The notes under the pieces are model-generated. The model searched no databases and was not told the DNA's origin. It was given only the letters and a program-made list of their open reading frames with translations. A stretch of DNA of 63,072 nt, the filler included. It is 7 parts of 7 records of this genome, joined end to end, with 100 filler letters (N's around TTAATTAATTAA, not from the genome) between each part and the next. Parts side by side here need not be neighbours in the genome. Positions count along the whole stretch, not along the records: positions 25,229 to 32,442 come from SRR2962707_2238; positions 32,543 to 37,599 come from SRR2962707_2241; positions 37,700 to 43,095 come from SRR2962707_2242; 4 more parts are not named here. One strand, written 5' to 3'. Positions 28,675-37,818 of this stretch are shown here, in pieces. Both the position numbers and the translations under genes were made by a program. Within the stretch, counting starts at the first letter, position 1, and each line of letters opens with the position of its first letter.

Positions 28675-28689
28675 GGATTAAACAAGTCA
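28675..28689. promoter_or_regulatory. Candidate iron-responsive operator (RirA IRO-like, TGA-N9-TCA with one mismatch)
   Basis: GGATTAAACAAGTCA in an AT-rich patch 7 nt before an iron-related operon. Confidence 0.45.
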
Positions 28690-28696
28690 ACTTAAT

Positions 28697-30436
28697 ATGC
28701 TCAAGCGTTTCTTTTCCTATTATGCCCCCTATAAGGGGCTTTTCGCCCTCGATTTCGGCAGCGCGGTCATCGCCGGCCTGCTCGAACTGGCCTTTCCCCT
28801 GGCCGTCGCCCGTTTCGTCGATCAATTGCTGCCCCAGGGCGAGTTCAGCCTCATTATCGCGGCCGGCATCGCGCTGCTGGTCGTTTACTGCGTCAGCGCC
28901 ATTCTGCGCGGTGTGGTCAATTATTTCGGCCACATGCTGGGCATCTCGATCGAAACCGACATGCGCCGGCAGGTCTTCAACCACCTGCAAAAGCTCAGCT
29001 TCCGCTTCTTCGACAATCACAAGACGGGCAATCTGATCACCCATGTGACCAAGGACCTCGAGGATATCGGCGAAGTCGCCCATCACGGCCCGGAAGATGT
29101 TTTCCTCGCCATAATGACCTTTGTCGGGGCCTTTATCCTGATGTTCCTGACCAATTGGCAATTGGCCAGCATCACCGTGGTCCTGGTGCCCGTCGTCACC
29201 TGGCTTGTGAGCACCTATGGCGCGCGCATGACGCGCAATTGGCGCGAGCTCTATAGTCGTGTCGGTGACTTCAACACCCGCGTCGAGGACTCGATTGGCG
29301 GCGTGCGCGTAGTCAAGGCATTCGCCAATGAGCACCACGAAGAAAAGCTCTTCGCTGGCAATAACGAGGCCTATCGGACCACAAAGCTGCGCGCCTACGC
29401 CCTCATGACCGCCAGCAATGTCGTAACCTATCTCAGCACGCGCCTGATTCAGCTTGCCGTCATGCTGTTTGGCGCCTGGCTGGTGACGGCCGGGGAACTG
29501 ACCTATGGCGGTTTTGTCAGCTTCCTGCTGCTGGTCAACGTCTTCATGCGGCCCATCGACCAGATCACCGCCGTGCTTGAAAGCTATCCCAAGGGCATTG
29601 CCGGCTTTTCCCGCTTCACCAAGCTCATCGACACTGCGCCCGACATCGCCGACCGTCCGGGCGCACGCGTGGTCGATACGCTCCGCGGCGACATCGTTTT
29701 CGACAAGGTCGGCTTTGCCTATGAGCATGGCCGCAAGATCATCGATAATCTCAATCTGGCCGTGCGTGCGGGCGAAACCGTCGCCATTGTCGGGCCATCT
29801 GGCGCCGGCAAGACTACGCTTTGCGCGCTGCTGCCGCGCTTCTACGAGATCGACGAAGGCTCCATCAGCATTGATGGCATCGACATTCGCGACATGACCC
29901 AGACCAGCCTGCGCAGCCAGATCGGCATTGTGCAGCAGGATGTGTTCCTCTTCGGCGGCACCTTGCGCGAGAACATCGCCTATGGCCGCCTGGAGGCCAG
30001 TGACGAGGATATCCTTGAGGCGGCCCGCAGGGCGCGGCTGGAATCGGTCATCGCGCGGTTACCCCACGGCCTCGACACCATTGTCGGCGAGCGCGGCGTC
30101 AAGCTGTCCGGTGGGCAGAAGCAGCGCGTGGCCATCGCCCGGATATTCCTCAAGAACCCACCCATCCTGGTTCTGGATGAAGCCACCTCCGCACTCGATA
30201 CCGCCACCGAACTGGCCATTCAGCAATCGCTGACTGAATTGTCGCGCGGCCGCACCACATTGGTCATCGCCCACCGCCTGGCCACCATTCAGCACGCCGA
30301 TCGCATTGTCGTTGTCGACGAGACCGGCATTGTCGAACAGGGCCCGCATCAGGAATTGCTCGACCGCAAGGGCGCCTATGCCCACCTGCATTCGGCCCAG
30401 TTCGGCGGCTTGGCATCGCCACTGGCAACGGCATGA
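28697..30436 (+). CDS. ABC transporter, fused TMD-NBD (exporter fold)
   Basis: Six TM segments, GPSGAGKT, LSGGQ, LDEATSALD, IAHRL. Confidence 0.95.
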   Translation: MLKRFFSYYAPYKGLFALDFGSAVIAGLLELAFPLAVARFVDQLLPQGEFSLIIAAGIALLVVYCVSAILRGVVNYFGHMLGISIETDMRRQVFNHLQKLSFRFFDNHKTGNLITHVTKDLEDIGEVAHHGPEDVFLAIMTFVGAFILMFLTNWQLASITVVLVPVVTWLVSTYGARMTRNWRELYSRVGDFNTRVEDSIGGVRVVKAFANEHHEEKLFAGNNEAYRTTKLRAYALMTASNVVTYLSTRLIQLAVMLFGAWLVTAGELTYGGFVSFLLLVNVFMRPIDQITAVLESYPKGIAGFSRFTKLIDTAPDIADRPGARVVDTLRGDIVFDKVGFAYEHGRKIIDNLNLAVRAGETVAIVGPSGAGKTTLCALLPRFYEIDEGSISIDGIDIRDMTQTSLRSQIGIVQQDVFLFGGTLRENIAYGRLEASDEDILEAARRARLESVIARLPHGLDTIVGERGVKLSGGQKQRVAIARIFLKNPPILVLDEATSALDTATELAIQQSLTELSRGRTTLVIAHRLATIQHADRIVVVDETGIVEQGPHQELLDRKGAYAHLHSAQFGGLASPLATA

Positions 30437-31323
30437 GTACGATGTTCTTCCAGGCCACGGTCCTTGCCACCCGCTACCTAACACCCGGCATGATCCGGGT
30501 GACCTTTGGCGGGCAGGAGCTGTCGGATTTCCCGGGAACCGGCATAGCGGACGAATATCTTCGCCTTTTCTTCCCCGATCCGGATACCGGCCACCTGCAT
30601 CTGCCTCATATCGATGAGGAAGGCCGTTGGACCTACCCCGATGGAGGCCGAGAGGCGATCCGGTGTTCGACCTACACGGTTCGCCGTCACCGTCGGGATG
30701 ACGGGGACGTCGATATCGATTTCGTGGTGCACAAGGGCGGTCTCGCCAGCGAATGGGCGCAGCAGGCAAAGCCCGGTGACACCATTACCGTCAACCGCCC
30801 GCGCGGCCTCTATGCCCCGCCCAGGGACGTCACCTGGCAATTGCTGGTTGCCGACGCGACCGGCCTGCCGGCACTGGCCCGCATTCTCGAGCAAACGCCG
30901 GCTCAGGTGCAGTCCCGGGTCTTTGTCGAAGTGGCGGAGGTCGAGCACGAACAAAAATTGCCGCATCACCCCAAGGCCACGATCACCTGGCTGCACAAGA
31001 GCGGCAATGGCGCCGCGCCCAGCCGCATGGAAGATGTGGTGCGCGCCGTGCCCCTGCCTTCGGGCAGCGGCTATGTCTGGGTCGCCGGGGAACAGCGCGT
31101 CGTCAGGGCCATTCGCAAATATGTGCGCCATGAGTTGAAGTTACCGCCCGAGCGCTATCAACTGGTTGGCTACTGGACCCACGAAGGCGAAGCCTGGGAG
31201 GCAAAGTGGGAAGCCTTGCCCGACGCGGTCAAGAGCGCCATCGAGGCTGGCTGGGCCTCGGATCGGGACCGGGAAGAACTGCGCGACGAATATGACGCGA
31301 CCCTGGAAAAGTTCGGCCTCTGA
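30433..31323 (+). CDS. Siderophore-interacting protein (ViuB/YqjH-type FAD reductase)
   Basis: YTVR, DFVVH, ASEWA, ADATGLPA, WVAGE, GYW; ATGA overlap with the ABC gene. Confidence 0.93.
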   Translation: MSTMFFQATVLATRYLTPGMIRVTFGGQELSDFPGTGIADEYLRLFFPDPDTGHLHLPHIDEEGRWTYPDGGREAIRCSTYTVRRHRRDDGDVDIDFVVHKGGLASEWAQQAKPGDTITVNRPRGLYAPPRDVTWQLLVADATGLPALARILEQTPAQVQSRVFVEVAEVEHEQKLPHHPKATITWLHKSGNGAAPSRMEDVVRAVPLPSGSGYVWVAGEQRVVRAIRKYVRHELKLPPERYQLVGYWTHEGEAWEAKWEALPDAVKSAIEAGWASDRDREELRDEYDATLEKFGL

Positions 31324-31364
31324 TCCTGCTTGCCCACTCGTCGCGCAGGCGCTACCAGCGCTCC

Positions 31365-32390
31365 ATGACAAGACTGGGCTTTCTGGGTGCAATGAACCGC
31401 GATCTCGTCGTGCAGCAGGACTGCGCGACGGTCCTTGATGCCCTCCGCATTAATGCGTCACCCCTGGTCGAAACACCCATCTCCGACGAGGAAGCGCAGC
31501 GCGGGGCCGAGCTCCTGCAGGAGCTTGGCGCTGCCGACTATCTCGGCGGCTCCGCCTTCAATGCCGCCCGTGTAGCGGCTCGGCTCAATGGCAACCATGA
31601 GATTGATCTGGCCTTTTTCGGTGTTGCCGGCACGTTGGGACAATCCCGCCCGCATCTTGAGGCACTCGACGGCTGGGGCCTCGACACATCCGGCGTAGAG
31701 ACCAGCGCACAACCACCAGCCACCTGCCTCGCCATCGTCGAACAGGCCGGGCGCACACTTCTGACTGCTCACGGAGCAAATGCGGCCATAGCCGATTGGC
31801 TGGAACGCGAGCAGTTGGCTCTGGCCGTTGCGATCGCCCGCTGCGACGCTATCCACGTCACCTCATACCTCGATCCGGTATCGCCCGAACTGATCGCGCG
31901 GATCCTGGAACGGGCCCGCATCGACAATCCGGAACTGATCGTCTCGCTCGACCCCGGCATGGCCTGGATAGCGCTGGGTGGAGACGGGTTCGCCCGCCTT
32001 TTGGCCCAGACCAACATCCTGCACCTCAATAGCGAAGAGTTCACGCGTCTCCTGGGCAAGGCAAGCCCGCCCGAAATTGGCGCTGGCCTGCAGCCCGGCT
32101 GGCTGCTCGTTGCAAGGACGCATGAGGGTGTGACGCTGTATTCGGAAAAAGGCTCTGCGCCCTATGCCCCCGAGCTACAGGACATGGACGTCAGGGATGC
32201 GACCGGGGCAGGGGATACGTTTTGCGGGGCATTTCTTTGGTCCTATTGTCAGGACATGACCCGGCCTCAGCGGGCAGTGGCCCTCGGCTTTGCGCTGGCG
32301 CGCCACAAGGTCGGCATGGCTGGACCACTGGCCCTGACCAACGCTATGCGGCGCGAGATCGTCACAAAGATAGAGAAGGCGGAATGGTGA
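31365..32390 (+). CDS. PfkB-family carbohydrate/nucleoside kinase
   Basis: GGSAFN, NSEE, DATGAGDTF. Confidence 0.88.
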   Translation: MTRLGFLGAMNRDLVVQQDCATVLDALRINASPLVETPISDEEAQRGAELLQELGAADYLGGSAFNAARVAARLNGNHEIDLAFFGVAGTLGQSRPHLEALDGWGLDTSGVETSAQPPATCLAIVEQAGRTLLTAHGANAAIADWLEREQLALAVAIARCDAIHVTSYLDPVSPELIARILERARIDNPELIVSLDPGMAWIALGGDGFARLLAQTNILHLNSEEFTRLLGKASPPEIGAGLQPGWLLVARTHEGVTLYSEKGSAPYAPELQDMDVRDATGAGDTFCGAFLWSYCQDMTRPQRAVALGFALARHKVGMAGPLALTNAMRREIVTKIEKAEW

Positions 32391-32442
32391 TCCCGACGCG
32401 ATTCGAACGCGTGACCCCAGGATTAGGAATCCTGTGCTCTAT
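32385..32442 (-). tRNA. tRNA-Arg(CCT), 5'-truncated at contig end
   Basis: Minus strand ...CAGGA-TT-CCT-AA-TCCTG...GTTCGAATC...GGGATCACCA, with encoded CCA. Confidence 0.93.
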
Positions 32443-32542
32443 NNNNNNNNNNNNNNNNNNNNNNNNNNNNNNNNNNNNNNNNNNNNTTAATTAATTAANN
32501 NNNNNNNNNNNNNNNNNNNNNNNNNNNNNNNNNNNNNNNNNN
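32443..32542. other. Artificial contig linker
   Basis: N44-TTAATTAATTAA-N44. Confidence 0.99.
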
Positions 32543-32790
32543 AGAGACAGAGACAGAGAAAGAGACAGAGACACAGATAGAGACAGAGACAGAAGGAGAC
32601 AAAAGACACTGAGACAGAAGGAGACGCAAGAGACCCGAGACACCGAGACACAGCAAAGCGACGCAAACAGACCAAGAAAGAGACACAGGGCACGGACAAA
32701 CAACGGCACAGAAACCGAGCCAGCGAGACAGCGAGACAGCGACAGCGACACAGATGCAGCGACAGAGACAGGGCGACACGCGATGACAGA
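32543..32790. repeat. Degenerate (AGAGAC)n microsatellite/low-complexity tract
   Basis: Repeated AGAGAC/AGACAC/AGCGAC units at the contig start. Confidence 0.8.
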
Positions 32791-33017
32791 GGCACATGGG
32801 GCGATAGACCCAGAGAAAAGACCAGGTTCAGCCGCCACAGAGAGACAATAAAAACACCCACACCCACACGCTCAAAAATCTTCCGCGCTTGTAACTTGCG
32901 GTTATTTTTGAGTTGCTTGGTCGATCGATTGCTTCGCTTTCTCGGGGCCCTGTTGGCTCAGAAACCGTGTTGATGCTGATGATGTGACCTTTTTGTGCCA
33001 CGGTTTTCCAAGGCAGA

Positions 33018-33784
33018 ATGCCGGCCCGGAATGATGACGTTGGCGGTCTCAAAAGTCCCAATGTTTCTTGCAGCCTCCTCCCAAACAGCGTGCAATGTCT
33101 CAGGTGGAGTTTGTTGTTTTGTGCGTTGTCGCAGCTCGTGCACAAGAGCAGCGCGATGGATGCCACGTCGACGGACATAATTGGTGAATCTCAGTTCAAT
33201 CGCACTGTCCTCGAAAGCCCCTTTGTGACCCTCGTCGAGTTCCACTCTGGCATGTGTGGCTCGTGTCGCTTGTTTGCTCCAACGTGGGACGAGCTTTCCT
33301 GGGGACCTCTGCTCACCGGAGTGAAGTTTGTGCGCGCCGACATTGACGACCCAGAAAACTTGGAGCTTGCCGTTGGGCGCAACCTGCTCGACAATGGCGT
33401 ACCATGTATTGTACTTTTTTCGGAGGCTGACGATTTGATTGGTCATGTTGTCATGGACGGCGACAACAAAGTCGCAGCTCAAACATTGGGACAGCGCGTG
33501 CTTGATCATTTAAAACTCTCCCGCTCGGCCGCGAGCAAAAACAGGTCGGTTGAAAGTGATCTTCGTCCACAGTCGGTCGGAGACCAATGCTGCCATTTTG
33601 CTACTCAACATGTCACTTTTGAAGCTTTGCCTTGCTGCTTGCCCCGCCATATTCTGCAAACAGATTTGTCCGCGAAGGCCTTCTGAAGGAAGGTGCCTTT
33701 CCACCAGGAGAACCACCCAGGGCACAGCGCCAGTACGGCAAGTGGCTTTCAGAGCTAAGTCGGTTGTTCGGCAGCGATCTCTGA
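33018..33784 (+). CDS. Eukaryotic thioredoxin/PDI-like protein; exons 33018-33544 and 33664-33784 (5' end uncertain)
   Basis: LVEFHSGMCGSC..FAPTW and GVP cis-Pro loop. A phase-compatible GT-AG intron at 33545-33663 gives the C-terminus ...LFGSDL*. Confidence 0.7.
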
Positions 33785-34274
33785 CAGCAGAAGTGTTGGG
33801 CCGTGTGTGTTGCCATTCACACTTTTGAGTTTGAAATAATTCTACGCTCCCGTGAATAAGTGTTGCGTCCTGGCAACAGCCGAGGGCAGCCCAGAAGTGT
33901 AGCAGGGTGAACGCGGTGCACGCGGTGCTTTCTCGAGTGTGTGTATGTACATTCGACTAACTTAACAACCACGGCATACCCGGATCCACTTCGTACAATA
34001 AATTGGTTGAGTGTGGAGAGTGGGTGGTCGGTCGCTCGACAACGAAGCGTGTGCTTGAAGAAGCAACAATGAACAATCCGCCCACGAGCGAGCCAGCCGT
34101 GCAATTGCATGTGCTCTCGCGAAAACAAAGTGAAACCAACGCTCAAAACGCCATTCACGAGCGTGTGTCACAACCAGCCCTGCTACTACTGGAACCAGCA
34201 AAGAAGTGCGGGCAGTGGCAGCATGACATAATAATCAGGAATTTATAGTTACACCCGGAACGAGAGGGGAACAT

Positions 34275-34978
34275 TTACTTTCCCTTCTTTCCCTTCTTTC
34301 CCTTCTTGCCCTTGGCGGAAGCATCTTCCTCAACCTTGACCTCCGGCTCAACGGTGCGAGTCCACACTGAAATACGGTTGTTGATGGAGACAGGGGCGAG
34401 GTGGCCTTCCTTGACGAGCTCCCGGATGCAGGCGCGGGCGAGGGATCCGTTGACCTTCAGCTTCTCGGTCATGGTGTTGATGGTGACCACCTTGAGCTGC
34501 AACAGACAGAGAGAACAAAGTGTAAGCCGCGAATCAGCTACCCAGCCAGTGACCAGAGAATTGGACAACATGGCCGCCAACACCCAACAATTGGACAATC
34601 AAACAAAACATAACACCCGCTCTCTCCCAAGGCGAAACGAGTCTCGCACGACAAAACAACAAAGTTTGGGGAGCAACCACAGAAAGAAAAAAACACCAAA
34701 AAGCACCCAACAGGAAGGAAAGAAAAAGGCGACGAGCGGGGACGCAGGCATGAATGTGATCCGTGAGTCAACCACCACCGGGTAAGAGTCACAAACACTG
34801 CACGCAACACCGTTTCCACCGTTGCCACCAACATCCAGCATGTTTAGCAACACCATGAACACAAACAAACCTTGGGGACCTCCTTGTAGAGACGGTCATG
34901 GAGCTTCTGGTCGAGGACCACAAGGTTGTTGATCTTTTCGCGGACCTTGCCCTTTGCCCACTTCTTCTTGCCGGCCAT
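34275..34978 (-). CDS. RPS25: 40S ribosomal protein eS25; exons 34978-34871 and 34496-34275 (109 aa)
   Basis: [17 protein letters not shown]...KEVPK | LKVVT...[11 protein letters not shown]; phase-0 GT-AG intron of 374 nt. Confidence 0.93.
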
Positions 34979-35305
34979 CTTGACGAGTTGTTTTAAAAAG
35001 AACGAAAACGGACGAAAAGGATGGAGTGTTATGAATTCCTGATTTTTCACACCCAGGTGCAGACCGGAACGACAAACGTTGACATCAGCGCTTCACGCCG
35101 CCGCTCAAGCCAGCCAATGGCAGCATCGATCTTTGGCGAACGTCCCTCCCTCCACACCAACGTCTTGACCTGTATCCCGAGGCACTCTCACTCGAAAGCA
35201 GCTTCTTCGGCGCACGACTTCGAAGATGAGTGTGTCTGGAGTTTGCGAAGTCGACAAAGTGAAAACAAACCCAGAGCCGCAGCGGCAAAAGGTGTGAGCG
35301 AAGGC

Positions 35306-35471
35306 GAGTGAGCGAGAGTGAGAGAGCGAGCCAAAAGAGACCAAGCGACATTGAGGGCGTGACTCAATGAGTGAGTGCGTGAGAAAGGGAGTGAGTGAGA
35401 GGGGGAGTGAGTGAATGTGAGTGAGTGAGGGAGTGTGGGTAAGGGTGGGTGAGTGTGAGTGAGAGTGTGAG
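35306..35471. repeat. Degenerate (GAGT)n tract
   Basis: Repeated GAGT/GTGA units; same motif as the contig-end (ACTC)n arrays. Confidence 0.75.
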
Positions 35472-36206
35472 CGTTCTTTGGCCGCGTTAGTGCTTCGTAG
35501 TGCAAGTAGACTTGATTTCACTGCCAGTCCCTGCACCTGGCATTAAAAACCACCTCGAAGCCAGGTCCCGGTTATAAACGCCTTCAAAGCCAATTGAAGG
35601 GATTTTCCCCACATTTTCAATTCATTTAACGCACCTGCAAAGCAGCTTAAAGTGACATCCCCCACTAAAAGCGCGCGGCCACCTTCCCAATGGCGCAGTG
35701 TGGGAGTGATTTTGGGTGGAACATGGGAAAAAAGAAGTGTTGAGGAAAGTACAACGCATTTTGTGTCCAGCACTGTCTCATTTTGCTCCTGAAAGCGGAA
35801 ACTAAATTTTATAAACATGCAATACCAATAGAACATTATTATGGCTGTGTGTTGCACTTTATTTTAAATGAACGCCTTGTGTTTGCAATTGAGCCTATTG
35901 TGCTGCTCGCTTGTATTCGTGTACTCGTGCATCATCACCGGTCCGTGCAACTTCGGCGGAGAAAATAATAACAAGCATTGGCCGTCAGTTGGTGCGCATG
36001 GGTGACAATTCAGGTGCTGCCCACAGTGTGGTTTGTCGGTCCAATCGTGAACTTGACAGGCTTTAAACGGAATTAGCGACAGGGCGCAGGAAGCACCCGG
36101 CATGGAAAGCCCAAAAACTACAACGTTGGGAATTGAAAAACGAATGATAAATAAACCTAAATAAAGAACTGACGCGTATCCTGCCCAAACAACGATGAAC
36201 TCGGGT

Positions 36207-37420
36207 TCAGTGCGTGGCAGATTCACACTGAACAACTAAGTCGTTGCCGACTACGGCTTGATAAAGGGCGGTCAGCAACTGGACAGACTTCTCGTTGCCA
36301 CAGACAGTGGTTTGAAGAAGCAACGACAGCCCATCATCGCCAGGCCCCATGATGTTCGCACTTTCAACAGGGTCGGTGTAGCTTTTGACTCGATCTAGGT
36401 CCCAGAATGTTCCAGTCGCAATCGATGGGTTCAGGAGAACCTGCAGGGAAAAACACAACAGCCAATAAAATTGAACACAAAGCGAAAGCGACTCCAAAAC
36501 ACGAAACAATTCCGACAAAAACTCATGATTAGGCACCTCATTTGCATGAGTATCTGGCACTTGTCGAGCAGACTGCTCCACGAACACGTTGAAAGGAGGT
36601 CCAGCGTTGGGAGGCGGCGGCTGGAAAAGAAGAAAAAAAAAAATGAAAAATAAGTCCACACCGCCCAGCACACACAATCCCGGTGTCAAAATGAGAAAAT
36701 CGAAACACAAAGCACACCTCGTCAATGCTGTGCGGGTTCGCAGATAGCTGCTGAGCTATTTCTTCTTTGATGGGGTCTACAAGCAGCACACCAAAGGACG
36801 ATGCATTCCGCTTCAAAACACACTTTCTGTCGCAAAAAGCATCGAGTTTCCTGAGTGGATGTGGATAGCACACCTGGCTCCAGTGCTTTTGCTTTCTTTA
36901 AGCAATCTTCTTGCTTGTTAGCTGGCAAATCAAAGCACTTTTTCTCCTCCCCGTCCTTCCTGCGTCGATCAATATCAGACTGTCCACCGCTGCCATAAAG
37001 TTTGTCCCCTGTCCGTTCTTGCATCGTGGCGATGTCTTGGTCTTGCATCTGAACACCAATGGCATCGGCACGCGACTTCTTAATAGCCCGGCCCATGGCC
37101 TTCTTGTAAATGTCGCCATATTTTTTTGCCACTTTCTGTTTGCTGTTAAAAAGCATGCAGTGAAGACAGCCTTTAGTTTTGGATTTCACTCCCTCCCGGC
37201 CCGTGGGAATGTACGGCTGTGCAACGCCTTCCGAGTACAGTGGTTTTGGATAGGATGCACGCTCGCCGTTTGAAATCGCGTTAAAAGCAGCCGTGTCTCC
37301 TGGCAGGCGGCCGTCGGCGGTGTATGAAGCTGCAATTGTAGCATCCTCAGCTTGGTCCCCAACACGACCCAGCACACCCGGCGAGCAGAGTCCAGTGAAC
37401 AACAACGCCCGCAGCAACAT
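36207..37420 (-). CDS. Eukaryotic hypothetical secreted protein; exons 37420-36874, 36776-36718, 36620-36537, 36440-36207 (307 aa)
   Basis: Signal-peptide-like start; three phase-compatible GT-AG introns with pyrimidine tracts; 924 nt spliced. Confidence 0.7.
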
Positions 37421-37574
37421 TGCCTAGTCCATTTCCATTTAATCAGCATGCACAACGCTGTGGCTTGAATAATTCAGCTTTGTTTGCAGCGTTTTTGACT
37501 GGCTCGTTCATTTTCTGCTGCGTTTCTTTCCGGACAAAAGCTTGTCTTGCTCACTCTTCCCTGCTGCCCCGTTG

Positions 37575-37599
37575 TCACTCACTCACTCACTCACTCACT
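37575..37599. repeat. (TCAC)n microsatellite at contig end
   Basis: Perfect tetramer array running into the gap. Confidence 0.9.
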
Positions 37600-37699
37600 N
37601 NNNNNNNNNNNNNNNNNNNNNNNNNNNNNNNNNNNNNNNNNNNTTAATTAATTAANNNNNNNNNNNNNNNNNNNNNNNNNNNNNNNNNNNNNNNNNNNN
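37600..37699. other. Artificial contig linker
   Basis: N44-TTAATTAATTAA-N44. Confidence 0.99.
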
Positions 37700-37818
37700 T
37701 GCTGTTGCTGTTGCTGTTGCTGTTGCTGTCGTTGTTGAGCCTTGAGAACGAGTGGGCAAGCGCAGCCTTGCTTGAAGGCAGCGGGCACTCGGGCCGCAGC
37801 TTCAGCTTCAGCCTCAGC

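Noticed and set aside
28535..29728. 397-aa antisense ORF (also 30478-31131, 60630-61214, 61325-62014 and similar)
   Set aside because: Shadow ORFs opposite well-supported genes in GC-rich DNA, with no motifs.
32487..32867. Cys/Leu/Ser-rich ORFs
   Set aside because: Translations of a microsatellite running into the N linker.
34497..34870. Intronic snoRNA in the relatively long RPS25 intron
   Set aside because: I could not find convincing C/D or H/ACA boxes with matching stems by eye; an Infernal or snoRNA scan would settle it.
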